The position numbers and the translations under genes were made by a program. Shown piece after piece: positions 1 to 10,447 of a DNA stretch of 64,000 nucleotides. The notes under the pieces were generated by a model. That model searched no databases, had not been told where the DNA came from, and saw nothing but the letters and a program-made list of their open reading frames with translations. This stretch comes from a bacterium (lineage in GTDB: Bacteria > Zhuqueibacterota > QNDG01 > JAFGCO01). Where the stretch lies: positions 5,901 to 69,900 of the forward strand of contig JAFGCO010000063.1 in the NCBI GenBank assembly GCA_016932575.1, written 5' to 3'. How positions within the stretch are numbered: the stretch's first letter is position 1; each line of letters begins with the position of its first letter.

Positions 1-435
1 AGCAGCCCTCTGCAGGAATTTGAAGAACTTGACGGAGATCCGATTCAGGCCGATGCCTATTATACCCTTATTGAAGGCGGTGAAATTCAATTATTGTCCT
101 CACAAATGACAGAGGTTCAATCGAACAATAACCATGCAGGTGAATTTGAACTCTATCAGAATTTTCCCAATCCGTTCAATCCGGATACAAAAATAGCCTA
201 TCAGCTGCCCGAAGAAGCGGACGTGACGCTTAAAATTTATGATATGCAGGGCAGAGAGATTTGGAGACAGTTTAGAAAACATCAGTCCGCAGGTCATCAC
301 CGGATTGTCTGGAACGGATTGGATCGATTCGGAAACAGAGTGGCTTCAGGCGTGTATGTGTACAGAATTGAATTGAAGACCGGAGCGGAAAAAATGCGGT
401 ATATCAACGCCAGAAAATTGATTTTAATTAAATAA
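1..435 (+). CDS. Secreted protein, 3' part only (FlgD-Ig / T9SS-type C-terminal domain)
   Basis: Frame is open from base 1. Motifs LYQNFPNPFNP, WNGLDRFG and VASGVYVYRI, ending KLILIK. Confidence 0.85.
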   Translation, partial: SSPLQEFEELDGDPIQADAYYTLIEGGEIQLLSSQMTEVQSNNNHAGEFELYQNFPNPFNPDTKIAYQLPEEADVTLKIYDMQGREIWRQFRKHQSAGHHRIVWNGLDRFGNRVASGVYVYRIELKTGAEKMRYINARKLILIK

Positions 436-488
436 TGACAAATGGTATTTGTCTGCTGAGGATGTTAATGAATCAACGGGAGAGAATC

Positions 489-3400
489 ATGAAAACAGAA
501 ATTCTGCAAATTGTTATCCTATTGCTGATTGCCAACTGCATCTGCCTGGCGGGCGTGACCTCGCCCAATGGCGGGGAGCAGATATGTTCGGGCTCTACAT
601 ATACCATTACCTGGACCATTGACAATCCCATGACGTTGCCGCCGCTTTTTCTCAACAAGGCGACCATCTATTTTTCAAAGTATGCACCTGTTCCTATTTG
701 GCAACCGATTGCGGAAGATGTGAACAATAACGGATCATGGGACTGGAACGTGCCGGTATATACATCGGATGAAACCCATTGCAGAATCCGGGTGAAAACA
801 CCGGAATATGACGATGTCTGCGATGCGGTGTTTACGATCAAAGCACCGGATATTGAGGTTACGGCACCGGGGAGTGGAGAGGGGTTATGGCCGGGTGAGA
901 CATTTATAATTCAATGGGATTCAGAATGTATTAGCGGAGCGGTTGAAATTGCTTTAAAATGCAATAAAGCAACTACTATTATTGATGCTTCTGCTGCCAA
1001 TACAGGATCGTATAACTGGGTTGTGCCAGATTTTCCGTCCACTTTTTGCAGAATACAGATTACGGACACGGAAAGCGGCGTATCTGATATAAGCGATAGT
1101 TTTACAATCATGGAACCCTATATCACAGTGACCTATCCCAACGGCGGAGAAATTATCCGGGTCGATGATCCATGCACGATTACCTGGGATTCCAGAGGCA
1201 CCAGCGGAAAGGTGAGAATTTTGCATGATCAGGGGTCAGGAGGCGCATCATGGGGATGGAGAAGTATTGCAAGCGATATCGATGCTGCTGACGGAATGCA
1301 TGACTGGACCCCTGATATTTTTCAATTTGATCCCAATTATTTGATCAAGATTGTTGATATGGATGGTAACCCCTCGGATATATCGGACGGCAGTTTTTTA
1401 CTGCAGGGTATCCGCCTGGTCTATGGCCATCTCTATCATTGTTCGGGTTCAGAATGGATGATTAAATGGAGGTCAAGTGCAACAAGCGGCCATCTGAATC
1501 TGTATTCTTCAAGTACCGGTGAGGCTCCCTGGAATTTTGAAAGCGAGCTTGAATCAGATGCTGGTGATACATCAACACAAACCTTTGTATGGACGGCTCC
1601 GGATGAACCTTCTGATCATTTTCGGATTAAAATCGAAGATGCTGAAGATCCGACTTTGTTCACAGTCAGTAATGAATATGTTGTTCTGCCATCACCAGGA
1701 TTTCATGTTTACGGTCCCGGAGCAGGAGAACGATTTACCAAATGCACATATTATTCAGTACCGAATATCGGATGGATATCGTGCGGTATGAGCAGTGAGG
1801 TGGTCCTCGAATATTCCATTGACAACGGAGATCATTGGCACGAGATTGAAACTGTTGAAAACGAAGATGGTTATAATGAATACCTGCCCTGGTACATACC
1901 GGATGATATAACATCCACATCACATCAATGTAAAATAAGAGTTACGGATCAGACAACCGGTATTTTTGGTGAAGGTGAAAATTTTTCAATTTATATTCCT
2001 GCATTACAGTTATTGACTCCAAATGGCGGGGATATCTGGCCGATTGGTTCCACACAGGAGATATCATGTATAGTCACAGATTATCAGCCTATTTTTGGAT
2101 ATTTGATATTTTCGTATTCGATTGATTCAGGTGAGCATTGGGAGGATATTGAAATATTACCACCATATGATTCTGATTATTGGGAATGTTCATATGAATG
2201 GCACATTGAAGAAGACATTGATCCCTCAGATCAATGTTTGATAAAAGCGTACCTTGCCGGAATGGCTTACCCGGATGAGAACTGTACGACAAGTGACACA
2301 AGTGATGTATTTACCCTGTGCCAACCTCATATTGAGTTTGTCAAACCCGAAATGAATGAAAATCTTCTTGCTGATGAAAACTACACCATCCGCTGGGATG
2401 TATGCGGCACAAGCGGCCTTTTGAAAATCGAATTCCTGCAGGCAGGTGCCGGAGAGCTTGAGCTGCTTGGCGAAAACATACCGGCTGACCAGTGCACACT
2501 TTCCTGGTCCGTACCGGATTTGAATGGCATGAATCATCGTCTTACAATTACAGATATGGCTTCGCCGGATTATTTTGATTGGGTATATTTTAATATCCGG
2601 GGAAGCTGCGAAGCGCCTGCTGTCTGGATTCCAGATTATACGGTATGCGGCCTGGATACGATTATTGTGGATGTGATGCTTTCAGGTAATGAAGATCCAA
2701 TTGATTCATTTGAATTCACTCTGAACGCCAGCAACTGGGAAATGGTTGATTTTCTTTACGTTCAAAGAGGTGATTTAACCGAACATTTTGATAACTTTGA
2801 TTTTACGATTCCCGATCCGGACAATGAAGTGGATATTTCCGCGTCCTCAGCAATATCAATTCCTTCAAACAGTCAGGGCAGCCTTGCAAGGGTACTCACA
2901 CGTGTTTATTGTTTTGAGGGTTCAGCCTATGAGCCGAACTCAAATTTAACTTTGATCAACAGAGTAGGCGACATCAGTACATACAATCACTGTGCCGGTC
3001 TTATTGAAGGCGAATTTTGTTCCAAGGGCGACATCAACTGCGATCATATTATTGATGACAAGGATTATCACTGGGTCATTGATTATTTTATGAGCCATTA
3101 CACTTACGGTTATCCGGAATGCTGCGGTCAATGCCAGCTGGATGTGCTTGATGTGGTGTACGACGAAAGGATCACGCTGGCCGATGCGCGTGTGCTTTAT
3201 ACAGCCTGGGAAAACAGTGCTCTGCCTCCTGTGGATGTGGAGTCGCCTGTTTCTCCTGAAGAGGGTATCGAGGTTATTTTTACACAGCTTGAATGTCAGC
3301 CCGGCGATGATGTGGACATTGAAGTCACGCTCGATAATCCTCTCAATCTCAGTGAATTCGGATTGTATGTATCTTACAGACCTGGATTTATGTCATTTGA

Positions 3401-3986
3401 AGGGATTACTGCAGGCAGCCTGACCGGCGGATGGGATTTCCTGGATGCGAATCCGATTCCCACTTCTGAAGGACCTCCGGAAAGCAGCGGATTACTGATG
3501 TTAGGAGGCTTCAACTCGGAGAGCATCACAAGCGGTACAGAAGGCACACTGATGGTATTGCATTTTCACGTTCATGAAGATGCAGAAGGATACAGCACCA
3601 TTGATGTGCTTGATTATTTTGATGGATTGCGCCGGGCTGGATACAGGGTGGGTCATGTCGGGATCGCTGAATCAACTGCAATGAAACTGAAAGATAGCCG
3701 GATCCCTCAGGAGTACAGTCTGGGCAAAGCGTATCCCAATCCGTTCAATCAGAACATGCGTTTTGATTTTCATCTGCCGGAAAGAACGGATGTGCATGTC
3801 GAGATATTTGACACACGCGGCACACTGGTCAGAACGCTCATATCCAAAACCCTGTCGCCGGGTGTGTATCAGGCGGAATGGAACGGACTGGATGATCAAT
3901 ACCGGGCGGTCGCATCCGGGCAGTATGTGTACCGGTTGAAGAGCGATGCGTTTACGGCCATGGAGAAGTGTATTCTGCTGAAATAG
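489..3986 (+). CDS. Large secreted protein: repeated 'TxPNGGE' Ig-like modules, cohesin-dockerin-cohesin, C-terminal FlgD-Ig/T9SS-like domain
   Basis: Start moved to ATG 489 (RBS gggaga, signal peptide MKTEILQIVILLLIANC). Repeats VTSPNGGE/VTYPNGGE/LTPNGGD, dockerin-like KGDINCDHIIDDKD, tail AYPNPFN...KCILLK. Confidence 0.8.
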   Translation: MKTEILQIVILLLIANCICLAGVTSPNGGEQICSGSTYTITWTIDNPMTLPPLFLNKATIYFSKYAPVPIWQPIAEDVNNNGSWDWNVPVYTSDETHCRIRVKTPEYDDVCDAVFTIKAPDIEVTAPGSGEGLWPGETFIIQWDSECISGAVEIALKCNKATTIIDASAANTGSYNWVVPDFPSTFCRIQITDTESGVSDISDSFTIMEPYITVTYPNGGEIIRVDDPCTITWDSRGTSGKVRILHDQGSGGASWGWRSIASDIDAADGMHDWTPDIFQFDPNYLIKIVDMDGNPSDISDGSFLLQGIRLVYGHLYHCSGSEWMIKWRSSATSGHLNLYSSSTGEAPWNFESELESDAGDTSTQTFVWTAPDEPSDHFRIKIEDAEDPTLFTVSNEYVVLPSPGFHVYGPGAGERFTKCTYYSVPNIGWISCGMSSEVVLEYSIDNGDHWHEIETVENEDGYNEYLPWYIPDDITSTSHQCKIRVTDQTTGIFGEGENFSIYIPALQLLTPNGGDIWPIGSTQEISCIVTDYQPIFGYLIFSYSIDSGEHWEDIEILPPYDSDYWECSYEWHIEEDIDPSDQCLIKAYLAGMAYPDENCTTSDTSDVFTLCQPHIEFVKPEMNENLLADENYTIRWDVCGTSGLLKIEFLQAGAGELELLGENIPADQCTLSWSVPDLNGMNHRLTITDMASPDYFDWVYFNIRGSCEAPAVWIPDYTVCGLDTIIVDVMLSGNEDPIDSFEFTLNASNWEMVDFLYVQRGDLTEHFDNFDFTIPDPDNEVDISASSAISIPSNSQGSLARVLTRVYCFEGSAYEPNSNLTLINRVGDISTYNHCAGLIEGEFCSKGDINCDHIIDDKDYHWVIDYFMSHYTYGYPECCGQCQLDVLDVVYDERITLADARVLYTAWENSALPPVDVESPVSPEEGIEVIFTQLECQPGDDVDIEVTLDNPLNLSEFGLYVSYRPGFMSFEGITAGSLTGGWDFLDANPIPTSEGPPESSGLLMLGGFNSESITSGTEGTLMVLHFHVHEDAEGYSTIDVLDYFDGLRRAGYRVGHVGIAESTAMKLKDSRIPQEYSLGKAYPNPFNQNMRFDFHLPERTDVHVEIFDTRGTLVRTLISKTLSPGVYQAEWNGLDDQYRAVASGQYVYRLKSDAFTAMEKCILLK

Positions 3987-4046
3987 CAGCCGGACAGCTG
4001 ATTAACAGCCTGGCCTGTGATCTATTCAGGAAGGCCGATAAAAATC

Positions 4047-4083
4047 AACCCTGTCAGAGCATTGAGCTCTGGCGGGGTTTTTT
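4047..4083 (+). terminator. Intrinsic terminator
   Basis: aaccctgtcagagc-attga-gctctggcggggtt followed by a T run. Confidence 0.8.
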
Positions 4084-4204
4084 AGTGATATCCGGGATCG
4101 TTGTTATTTTACCTGCAATGAATCTAAAAATGAATTGATTTTAAATTCTGTAATTTTTATACTCATTTATAGAACTTTGATTCAACCATTGATCAGGAGT
4201 ATGC

Positions 4205-4687
4205 ATGAAGATTAAAATACTGACTTGTGGCGGCACCATTGATAAAATCTATTTTGACGCCAAGAGTGAATTTCAGGTTGGCGAACCGCAGGTGGGCGCA
4301 TTTTTAAAAGAAGCGCAGGCCGGATTTGATTTTAATGTACATAAAATGATTCAAAAAGACAGCCTCGACATGAATGATGAAGACCGTGACCGGATCAGGA
4401 GAGCTGTCGAGACTGCGGAAGAAGATAAAATTCTGATTACACATGGCACGGACACCATGGTCGAAACTGCCAAAGCGTTAAAGGGAATTCCAGAGAAGAC
4501 CATTGTGTTAACCGGAGCGCTGGCCCCGGCCCGGTTCCGGGAAACCGACGCGATCTTTAATATCGGATGCGCGGTGATTGCGGTTCAGTGCCTGGCCGAG
4601 GGAGTCTATATTGTGATGAACGGACGCGTGTTCCTTCCGGACCGTGTAAAGAAAAATACGAAAAAAAATTGTTTTGAGGATATTTAA
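4205..4687 (+). CDS. Short single-domain L-asparaginase/glutaminase family protein
   Basis: TCGGTIDK and THGTDTM catalytic Thr motifs; 160 aa, no C-terminal domain. Confidence 0.85.
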   Translation: MKIKILTCGGTIDKIYFDAKSEFQVGEPQVGAFLKEAQAGFDFNVHKMIQKDSLDMNDEDRDRIRRAVETAEEDKILITHGTDTMVETAKALKGIPEKTIVLTGALAPARFRETDAIFNIGCAVIAVQCLAEGVYIVMNGRVFLPDRVKKNTKKNCFEDI

Positions 4688-4735
4688 AAATTATTAATAT
4701 TTTTAAATGGGAAATATTATCCGGGAGGCATTTCT

Positions 4736-5629
4736 ATGAGACCCAATCATTATTGTTCCTTTTTAATTTTTATTATTTTGTGCGCTGTGCTGCGATCTTT
4801 GCATGGGCAAGGTATTACAGATTCAAAAGCAGATAAAGATAACCGCTCCGCCATTGTTGAAGTGGACGGATACGCCTATCTCTCCGAAGACAAGACCATC
4901 AAAGAAATCCGAGAGGAGGCTTTGAGCAATGCCAAGCGTATGGCTCTGGAACAAGCCCACACGTTTATCTCGAGTCAGTCCAAAGTGAAGAATTTTCAGC
5001 TCGAATATGATATTGTGATCAGTGAGGCGGAAGGTGCTGTCTGTGTGCTGGACAGCAAAGACCACGGCATTACAGACGATAACCGGTATCATACCTGGAT
5101 CAAGGCAGAGGTGACTTATTCGTTAAAACCGCCGGAAGGTAAAGCCGATCTGTCCGCAGAATTGGTGAAGAATCCGGACGCACCACTGACCGTTCATGTC
5201 TGGACAGAAAAATCCGAATATAAAGCCGGAGAACGGATCCGTGTCTTTTTACAGGGCAATAAGGATTTTTACGCGAGGGTGGTGTACCGGGATGTACAGG
5301 GAAATCTGCTTCAGATGCTGCCCAATCCACATCGCAGGGATAACTTTTTCAGGGGTGGCAAAGTGATCAGCATTCCCGGCAAGGGCGACCGGTTCGACCT
5401 GGAAGTCGGCCCGCCATTCGGCATCGAAAATATCATTGTGTATGCTTCCAGCGCCGAGATGGGGGATGCGGATGTCACCGCTGTGGGCAATGCCCTGTAC
5501 AGTGTACAGGACGATCTAAAAGCTTACGGAATGAAGACGCGGGGCGTGAAAATTGTTCAGAGTGAGGGAGATCGTTCCTCGGGTGCCGAGTTTTATGAAG
5601 CGAAGTGCGAGGTGAAGACGAGGATGTAA
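4736..5629 (+). CDS. Exported protein: FlgT-N/LPP20-like domain plus DUF4384-like domain
   Basis: Signal peptide; EEALSNAKRMALEQ helix; VHVWTEKSEYKAGERI...LPN...F.VGPPFGIENIIVYAS pattern typical of DUF4384. Confidence 0.65.
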   Translation: MRPNHYCSFLIFIILCAVLRSLHGQGITDSKADKDNRSAIVEVDGYAYLSEDKTIKEIREEALSNAKRMALEQAHTFISSQSKVKNFQLEYDIVISEAEGAVCVLDSKDHGITDDNRYHTWIKAEVTYSLKPPEGKADLSAELVKNPDAPLTVHVWTEKSEYKAGERIRVFLQGNKDFYARVVYRDVQGNLLQMLPNPHRRDNFFRGGKVISIPGKGDRFDLEVGPPFGIENIIVYASSAEMGDADVTAVGNALYSVQDDLKAYGMKTRGVKIVQSEGDRSSGAEFYEAKCEVKTRM

Positions 5630-5647
5630 AAACCGGGTTAGGGAAAA

Positions 5648-5796
5648 TAAGCAAGATACAAGAAGCAAGAATCAAGATTAAAGACTAAAGAAAAAGAACA
5701 AGGATAAAAATTATCAAAAATCCGAAATTCAAATCACGAAACCAAAAACCTTTTACCCTTTACCCTACTAATAGCTGAGGGCTGAATACTGACAGC
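5648..5796. repeat. Degenerate ~7-nt tandem repeats
   Basis: aagcaag-atacaag-aagcaag-aatcaag-attaaag-actaaag; tttaccc-tttaccc. Confidence 0.6.
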
Positions 5797-5830
5797 AATT
5801 CGAAATATCACACCTTTTAGGGCAAATTTT

Positions 5831-5860
5831 ACAAGTCACCACCTTAGGTGGTGGTCGTTG
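5831..5860. mobile_element. IS200/IS605-like terminal hairpin remnant
   Basis: acaagt-caccacc-tta-ggtggtg-gtcgttg resembles HUH-transposon end hairpins; no transposase nearby. Confidence 0.4.
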
Positions 5861-5880
5861 GCTTTTAATGATGAAGGAGT

Positions 5881-8800
5881 ATGATCATGAAATATCTCAA
5901 ATCACCTATTGGTCTTAAAGTCATTGGATTATTTTTGATTTTCTGTTTGGCAGTTCCTTTGTTGGCCCAGGAAACCATTCAGATTAAAGTTGAAAATTTA
6001 TTTGGAAGTACCGGATCCATGACTTACAGCCCGGATAAAAAATATGCCTTGAAAATTTTTCAAAGATCAGGAATATTAATTTGGAATTTGGAACAGGGAA
6101 AACTGGAACGCTTCACAGGCAATAAAGGACTGGACATCCGATTGATTACATTTAATCCTGATGGCAAAACATTTGTCACTTATAGTTCAATCACGGGAAT
6201 TGGAGGTGAGTTGCTGTGTTGGGATTTTAAGACAGGTAAAATCATTAAAGAATATCATTGTGATTTGGCATCTGTCAGAGAGATTGTTTTTTCAAGAGAT
6301 GGCAAGAAGATGCTTCTTCCCGGTGAGTACAGGTATGAAAATAATGTGAATGTAAGCTACAATGGATTACTGCTGATGGATGTGGAAACCGGAAATGTAC
6401 TTTTCCAAATAAAGGGTGGAGAGGGATGGTCCAGGAATCGGGGTTTAAGTCAGGCTGCCATACACCCGGATGGGAAACGGATTTTATTAGCAGATTCCGG
6501 CAATGAATTAAAACTGATCGATAGTGAATCGGGTAAGATTCTGCAGAATTTTCACGCGGATTTTGAGAACATAGAGGACGTTGTTATCACGGAAGATGGG
6601 AAATATGGAATTGTCACTTATTTAAGCGGGTCAACCCGTATTTGGGATTTGGAATCGTTTTTATGTGTTCGCACTTTGGTGAATCCCAAACATGCAGATT
6701 ATAAGGAAGGGAAAGAAATTGCCGCGGCTTCTGAGGTGGTTGTGAGTCCTGACGGGGAAAAGATATTAACGGAAAACTGGGATCACTATTTACGGCTTTG
6801 GGATATGAAATCAGGAGAACTCTTAAAGGAAATACGGACAAGTGACTATCCCAGTGATATTTCATTTTCTTCGGATGGTCGTCGAGTGACCTGTAATACA
6901 CATGGAATAGAATGTTGGGATCTGATATCCGGAATAAGAATTTTTAAAGCGGCCTTATTACAAGAGGGTGAGTGGGTGTTTGCCACTTATAAAGGATATT
7001 TTAATGGATCGGCCAATGCAAAAAAATTCATCAAAGCGGTGGTTAATGGAAAGGAAAAGAGTATTAATAAATATGTGTCGCATTATATGAGTCCGGATAA
7101 GGTTGTTGAAACTCTCAATGCGAAGGATGAAGAGACACGTTTGGCGTTTAAGAAAACGGATAAGCAAAGTAGTGATTCAGATGATCAATATGCCCAGTAT
7201 GCCCGCAGCCTGCCTGTGGATTTTGAGCCAGTCATTCAGCAGGGGCATTTGCAGGAGTGCAAGGTCTGGTTCGATCCTACGGGTCAGCGTGTGATCAGCA
7301 GTACCGGATTTGATGGAGAGATCAAAGTCTGGTCCTTAAAGACCGGGACCTTGTTAAAAACGTTTAACAAGCAGATGATCAATAAAGAATCCGTCGGCAC
7401 TGTCAGAGCGATCAGTCCCGATGGAAATTTGCTGGTTTCAAGTTTTCTAAAGGAAGTGCTGGTGTGGGATTTGGTCTCCTTTGAACTGTTGAAGACATTC
7501 AAGGTCACTGACTCTGATGAGGTAAAACAAGTTGCTTTCCATGCAAACGGGAAAGAAATTGTGACCGATGGATCGCGGATCTGGACTGCGAGAACAGGAG
7601 AATTTATCCGTATGGCGACAGGGGATGATGACTGGTTTCAACTGGACCGTCCCGATAGCGAAGCCACTATGGATAAAGATACACAAATTCTCACCTATGG
7701 TAACAAATCTCTGTGGACCGGATCGTTACCTTCAAAAGAACTGACTGACGCTTGTCAGGAACGGCGATTGAATATGAAATATTACGAGGATGGTCATATT
7801 TTGGCCTTCCCTGTAAATAACAGCATTTTTTTGGCTGATTTGAATACAGGTAAAATCCTTCGAAAGCTTGAGGGTAAGCACCCTGCAAGTGTTCCCTTTG
7901 GAGTACATCCTGACGGTAAATCTCTTCTTTTAAGCGGACGGGGCGGCCATGTTGATCTCTTGCCTTTCGAGACATTTCATTTCAAGTCAAGTCCAACCGG
8001 TTATCCCGACCAAATCGGTGAATTCGTTTTTGATCCCACGGGCCGTTTCATTGTATCCACCAGATCTCCCATTAAAATCTGGGATCGCCTGCAGAAGAAA
8101 TGGACTGGGACTATTCAACCGGAAGTTTATCCTCAAATATCAAAAGATCAGTGGCCTGACCATTTTCTTAAGGGATTTGATCCAAAAAATAATGGATTGG
8201 TGACATGTTATGAAGATAAAACGGATGCTTCCGAAGACAAATGGGATCCGAGAATGGTGAAGTGGTCTCTAGAAACCGGGAAAAAGCTCAGGACCGGCGG
8301 TAAAAACAGATACTACGGCACCGGGGGCCCATGGGCATCCGATCTTTCCGGTAAATATATGGCTACTGCTATGTATGAGGATATTGAGCTATGGAATGTT
8401 AATACGATGAGCAAAATTCATAGTGTAGACCTGCCCTGGCAATTTTCAAAATATTACGAAATGAAATCCTTTGCTTTTAATTCCACAGGAACCCTGTTTG
8501 CCGCTGGCGGTCAGGATGCCAAGATTCGGATCTGGACAACCCAGGGGAAAGGATCGGTTTTTAAGGGTAAGAATCCGCCGGTCAAGTATCTTCTCTCCGG
8601 GCATTGGTGGAGTGTTACAGCCATGGCTTTTGATCCCACAGGTCAAACGTTGGTTTCCGGTGATGCATTCGGAAATGTGATTCTCTGGGATATGAAAACC
8701 GGCAGTCAAAAGAAAAAGCTTTTGGGCCATTCAGGGATGATTTCACAAGTGGCCTTTTCTAAAGACGGTAACTATATTTTTACCCGCGGTGGGGCTGATG

Positions 8801-10233
8801 GTGTTCTCAATATGTGGCGGGCGGATAATTATGAGCGGGTTTCCATCCTCATTTCCGGGGAGGATTGGATCATGTTCACACCCGATGGTTTTTTTGATGC
8901 TTCCCGCAATGGGGGTGATCTTATTCGTCTACGAAAAGAATTAACCTCTTTTGGTGTGGATCAGTTTGCCCTGCGTACCAACCGTCCGGATATTATTATG
9001 AAGCGAATGGGAATCGGAAGTGAAGAAACGATTCAGCATTATTATGCCATGTTCCAGCGCCGCCTTCGCAGATCCGGATTTTCTGAGGAAAAATTGTCAG
9101 AGAAATTTGAAGTGCCGGAAGCAGAGATAATCAAAACACAGCAACAGGGTAAGTTTGTGAATCTCCAATTCCAATTAAAAGACGATTTATATAAAATACG
9201 ACGATACAATATTTTTATCAATGATGTGCCTCTGTTCGGCGGATATGGGAAAGAGGTGGATGGCAAACATATGAAAATTGACGAGAGAGTCGAGTTGACA
9301 TCCGGGGATAATAAAATTGAAGTCTCCTGTTTTAATGAGATTGGGGCTGAATCTTTCCGATCACTGGTTTCTGTTGAGTATAAAGAGGAGGTGATACCCC
9401 ATCTCTACTATCTCGGTTTCGGAGTTTCCCAATACCGCAAGGCGGATCTGAATCTCAATTACGCCCATAAAGACGCTTTGGATCTGGCCAAGGCATTTGA
9501 AGGCTATTCTGGTAGGTTCGGAAAAATCAATGTGAAGACGTTTACAGACGATCAGGTCACAGTCCAGAATATCAGGGATGCCAAAGCTTTCCTGAAAAAT
9601 GCCAGGGTGGATGATATTTTCATCCTCTTCATTGCCGGTCACGGTATGTACTCTCAAGGTGAAGATGCAACCTATTATTACCTGACATACAATGCGGATC
9701 CCATGAACCTATCCCAAACAGCAGCCAATTTCGATTTGATTGAAGATCTGTTGCAGGGCATAAAACCCCGTAAAAAGCTCTTTCTCATGGATACCTGCGA
9801 ATCCGGCGAGGTGGAAGAGGAAGCCCAAAATACTTTTTACGCCATGGCTGACGCCCGGGGCATCAAGGCACGCACCACAAGAGGTGTTGCCATCACACAG
9901 CGAAAAGAAAAATCCAAACGTTCTTACCTGTACCAGAAAGACCGGTTTATTTACAATGATCTGATACGCCGGTCCGGTGCCATTGTTTTTTCATCTTCCC
10001 GTGGCGGTGAGTTATCTTACGAGAGCGATGCGGTGCAGAACGGGTTGTTCACAGAGGAGATTATTAACTGTATCACCAAGGGTTACGGAGATATGAACCG
10101 GGACGGTGTAGTCACTACGGATGAACTCCGTGTTCATGTATCCAAAGCAGTGGCCCAGGCCACTGACAATGCCCAGCATCCCACGGTGGACAGGGATAAT
10201 ATTTATCAGAAATTTGGTTTCCCGGTGAAGTGA
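5881..10233 (+). CDS. Exported WD40-repeat protein with C-terminal caspase-like (peptidase C14) domain
   Basis: Signal peptide, many WD repeats, His/Cys dyad FIAGHG...MDTCESG, EF-hand-like DMNRDGVVTTDEL. Confidence 0.9.
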   Translation: MIMKYLKSPIGLKVIGLFLIFCLAVPLLAQETIQIKVENLFGSTGSMTYSPDKKYALKIFQRSGILIWNLEQGKLERFTGNKGLDIRLITFNPDGKTFVTYSSITGIGGELLCWDFKTGKIIKEYHCDLASVREIVFSRDGKKMLLPGEYRYENNVNVSYNGLLLMDVETGNVLFQIKGGEGWSRNRGLSQAAIHPDGKRILLADSGNELKLIDSESGKILQNFHADFENIEDVVITEDGKYGIVTYLSGSTRIWDLESFLCVRTLVNPKHADYKEGKEIAAASEVVVSPDGEKILTENWDHYLRLWDMKSGELLKEIRTSDYPSDISFSSDGRRVTCNTHGIECWDLISGIRIFKAALLQEGEWVFATYKGYFNGSANAKKFIKAVVNGKEKSINKYVSHYMSPDKVVETLNAKDEETRLAFKKTDKQSSDSDDQYAQYARSLPVDFEPVIQQGHLQECKVWFDPTGQRVISSTGFDGEIKVWSLKTGTLLKTFNKQMINKESVGTVRAISPDGNLLVSSFLKEVLVWDLVSFELLKTFKVTDSDEVKQVAFHANGKEIVTDGSRIWTARTGEFIRMATGDDDWFQLDRPDSEATMDKDTQILTYGNKSLWTGSLPSKELTDACQERRLNMKYYEDGHILAFPVNNSIFLADLNTGKILRKLEGKHPASVPFGVHPDGKSLLLSGRGGHVDLLPFETFHFKSSPTGYPDQIGEFVFDPTGRFIVSTRSPIKIWDRLQKKWTGTIQPEVYPQISKDQWPDHFLKGFDPKNNGLVTCYEDKTDASEDKWDPRMVKWSLETGKKLRTGGKNRYYGTGGPWASDLSGKYMATAMYEDIELWNVNTMSKIHSVDLPWQFSKYYEMKSFAFNSTGTLFAAGGQDAKIRIWTTQGKGSVFKGKNPPVKYLLSGHWWSVTAMAFDPTGQTLVSGDAFGNVILWDMKTGSQKKKLLGHSGMISQVAFSKDGNYIFTRGGADGVLNMWRADNYERVSILISGEDWIMFTPDGFFDASRNGGDLIRLRKELTSFGVDQFALRTNRPDIIMKRMGIGSEETIQHYYAMFQRRLRRSGFSEEKLSEKFEVPEAEIIKTQQQGKFVNLQFQLKDDLYKIRRYNIFINDVPLFGGYGKEVDGKHMKIDERVELTSGDNKIEVSCFNEIGAESFRSLVSVEYKEEVIPHLYYLGFGVSQYRKADLNLNYAHKDALDLAKAFEGYSGRFGKINVKTFTDDQVTVQNIRDAKAFLKNARVDDIFILFIAGHGMYSQGEDATYYYLTYNADPMNLSQTAANFDLIEDLLQGIKPRKKLFLMDTCESGEVEEEAQNTFYAMADARGIKARTTRGVAITQRKEKSKRSYLYQKDRFIYNDLIRRSGAIVFSSSRGGELSYESDAVQNGLFTEEIINCITKGYGDMNRDGVVTTDELRVHVSKAVAQATDNAQHPTVDRDNIYQKFGFPVK

Positions 10234-10272
10234 AACACACCTGTGGTTCTCTCAAGGGGGATAAAAAAGGCG

Positions 10273-10310
10273 AACCTCCCGATTCCCGATTAATCGAGAA
10301 TCGGGAGGTT
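10273..10310. repeat. Palindrome/hairpin (REP-like or terminator)
   Basis: aacctcccgattc-c-cgattaatcg-a-gaatcgggaggtt. Confidence 0.7.
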
Positions 10311-10329
10311 ATTCAAATAAAACAGATAG

Positions 10330-10409
10330 TGTCATCTCGAAGGAGTGAAGCGACTGAGAGATCTTAAAAACGCAAGGTTATAAGATCTCTCCCTTCGGTC
10401 GAGATGACA
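10330..10409. repeat. Dispersed palindromic element, copy 1
   Basis: tgtcatctcga...tcgagatgaca terminal inverted repeat with inner gagagatctta/taagatctctc stem; second copy at 19343-19430. Confidence 0.85.
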
Positions 10410-10447
10410 GTTTTGGATTTTATTAGAGTTTTGTGGAGATTAATCAC

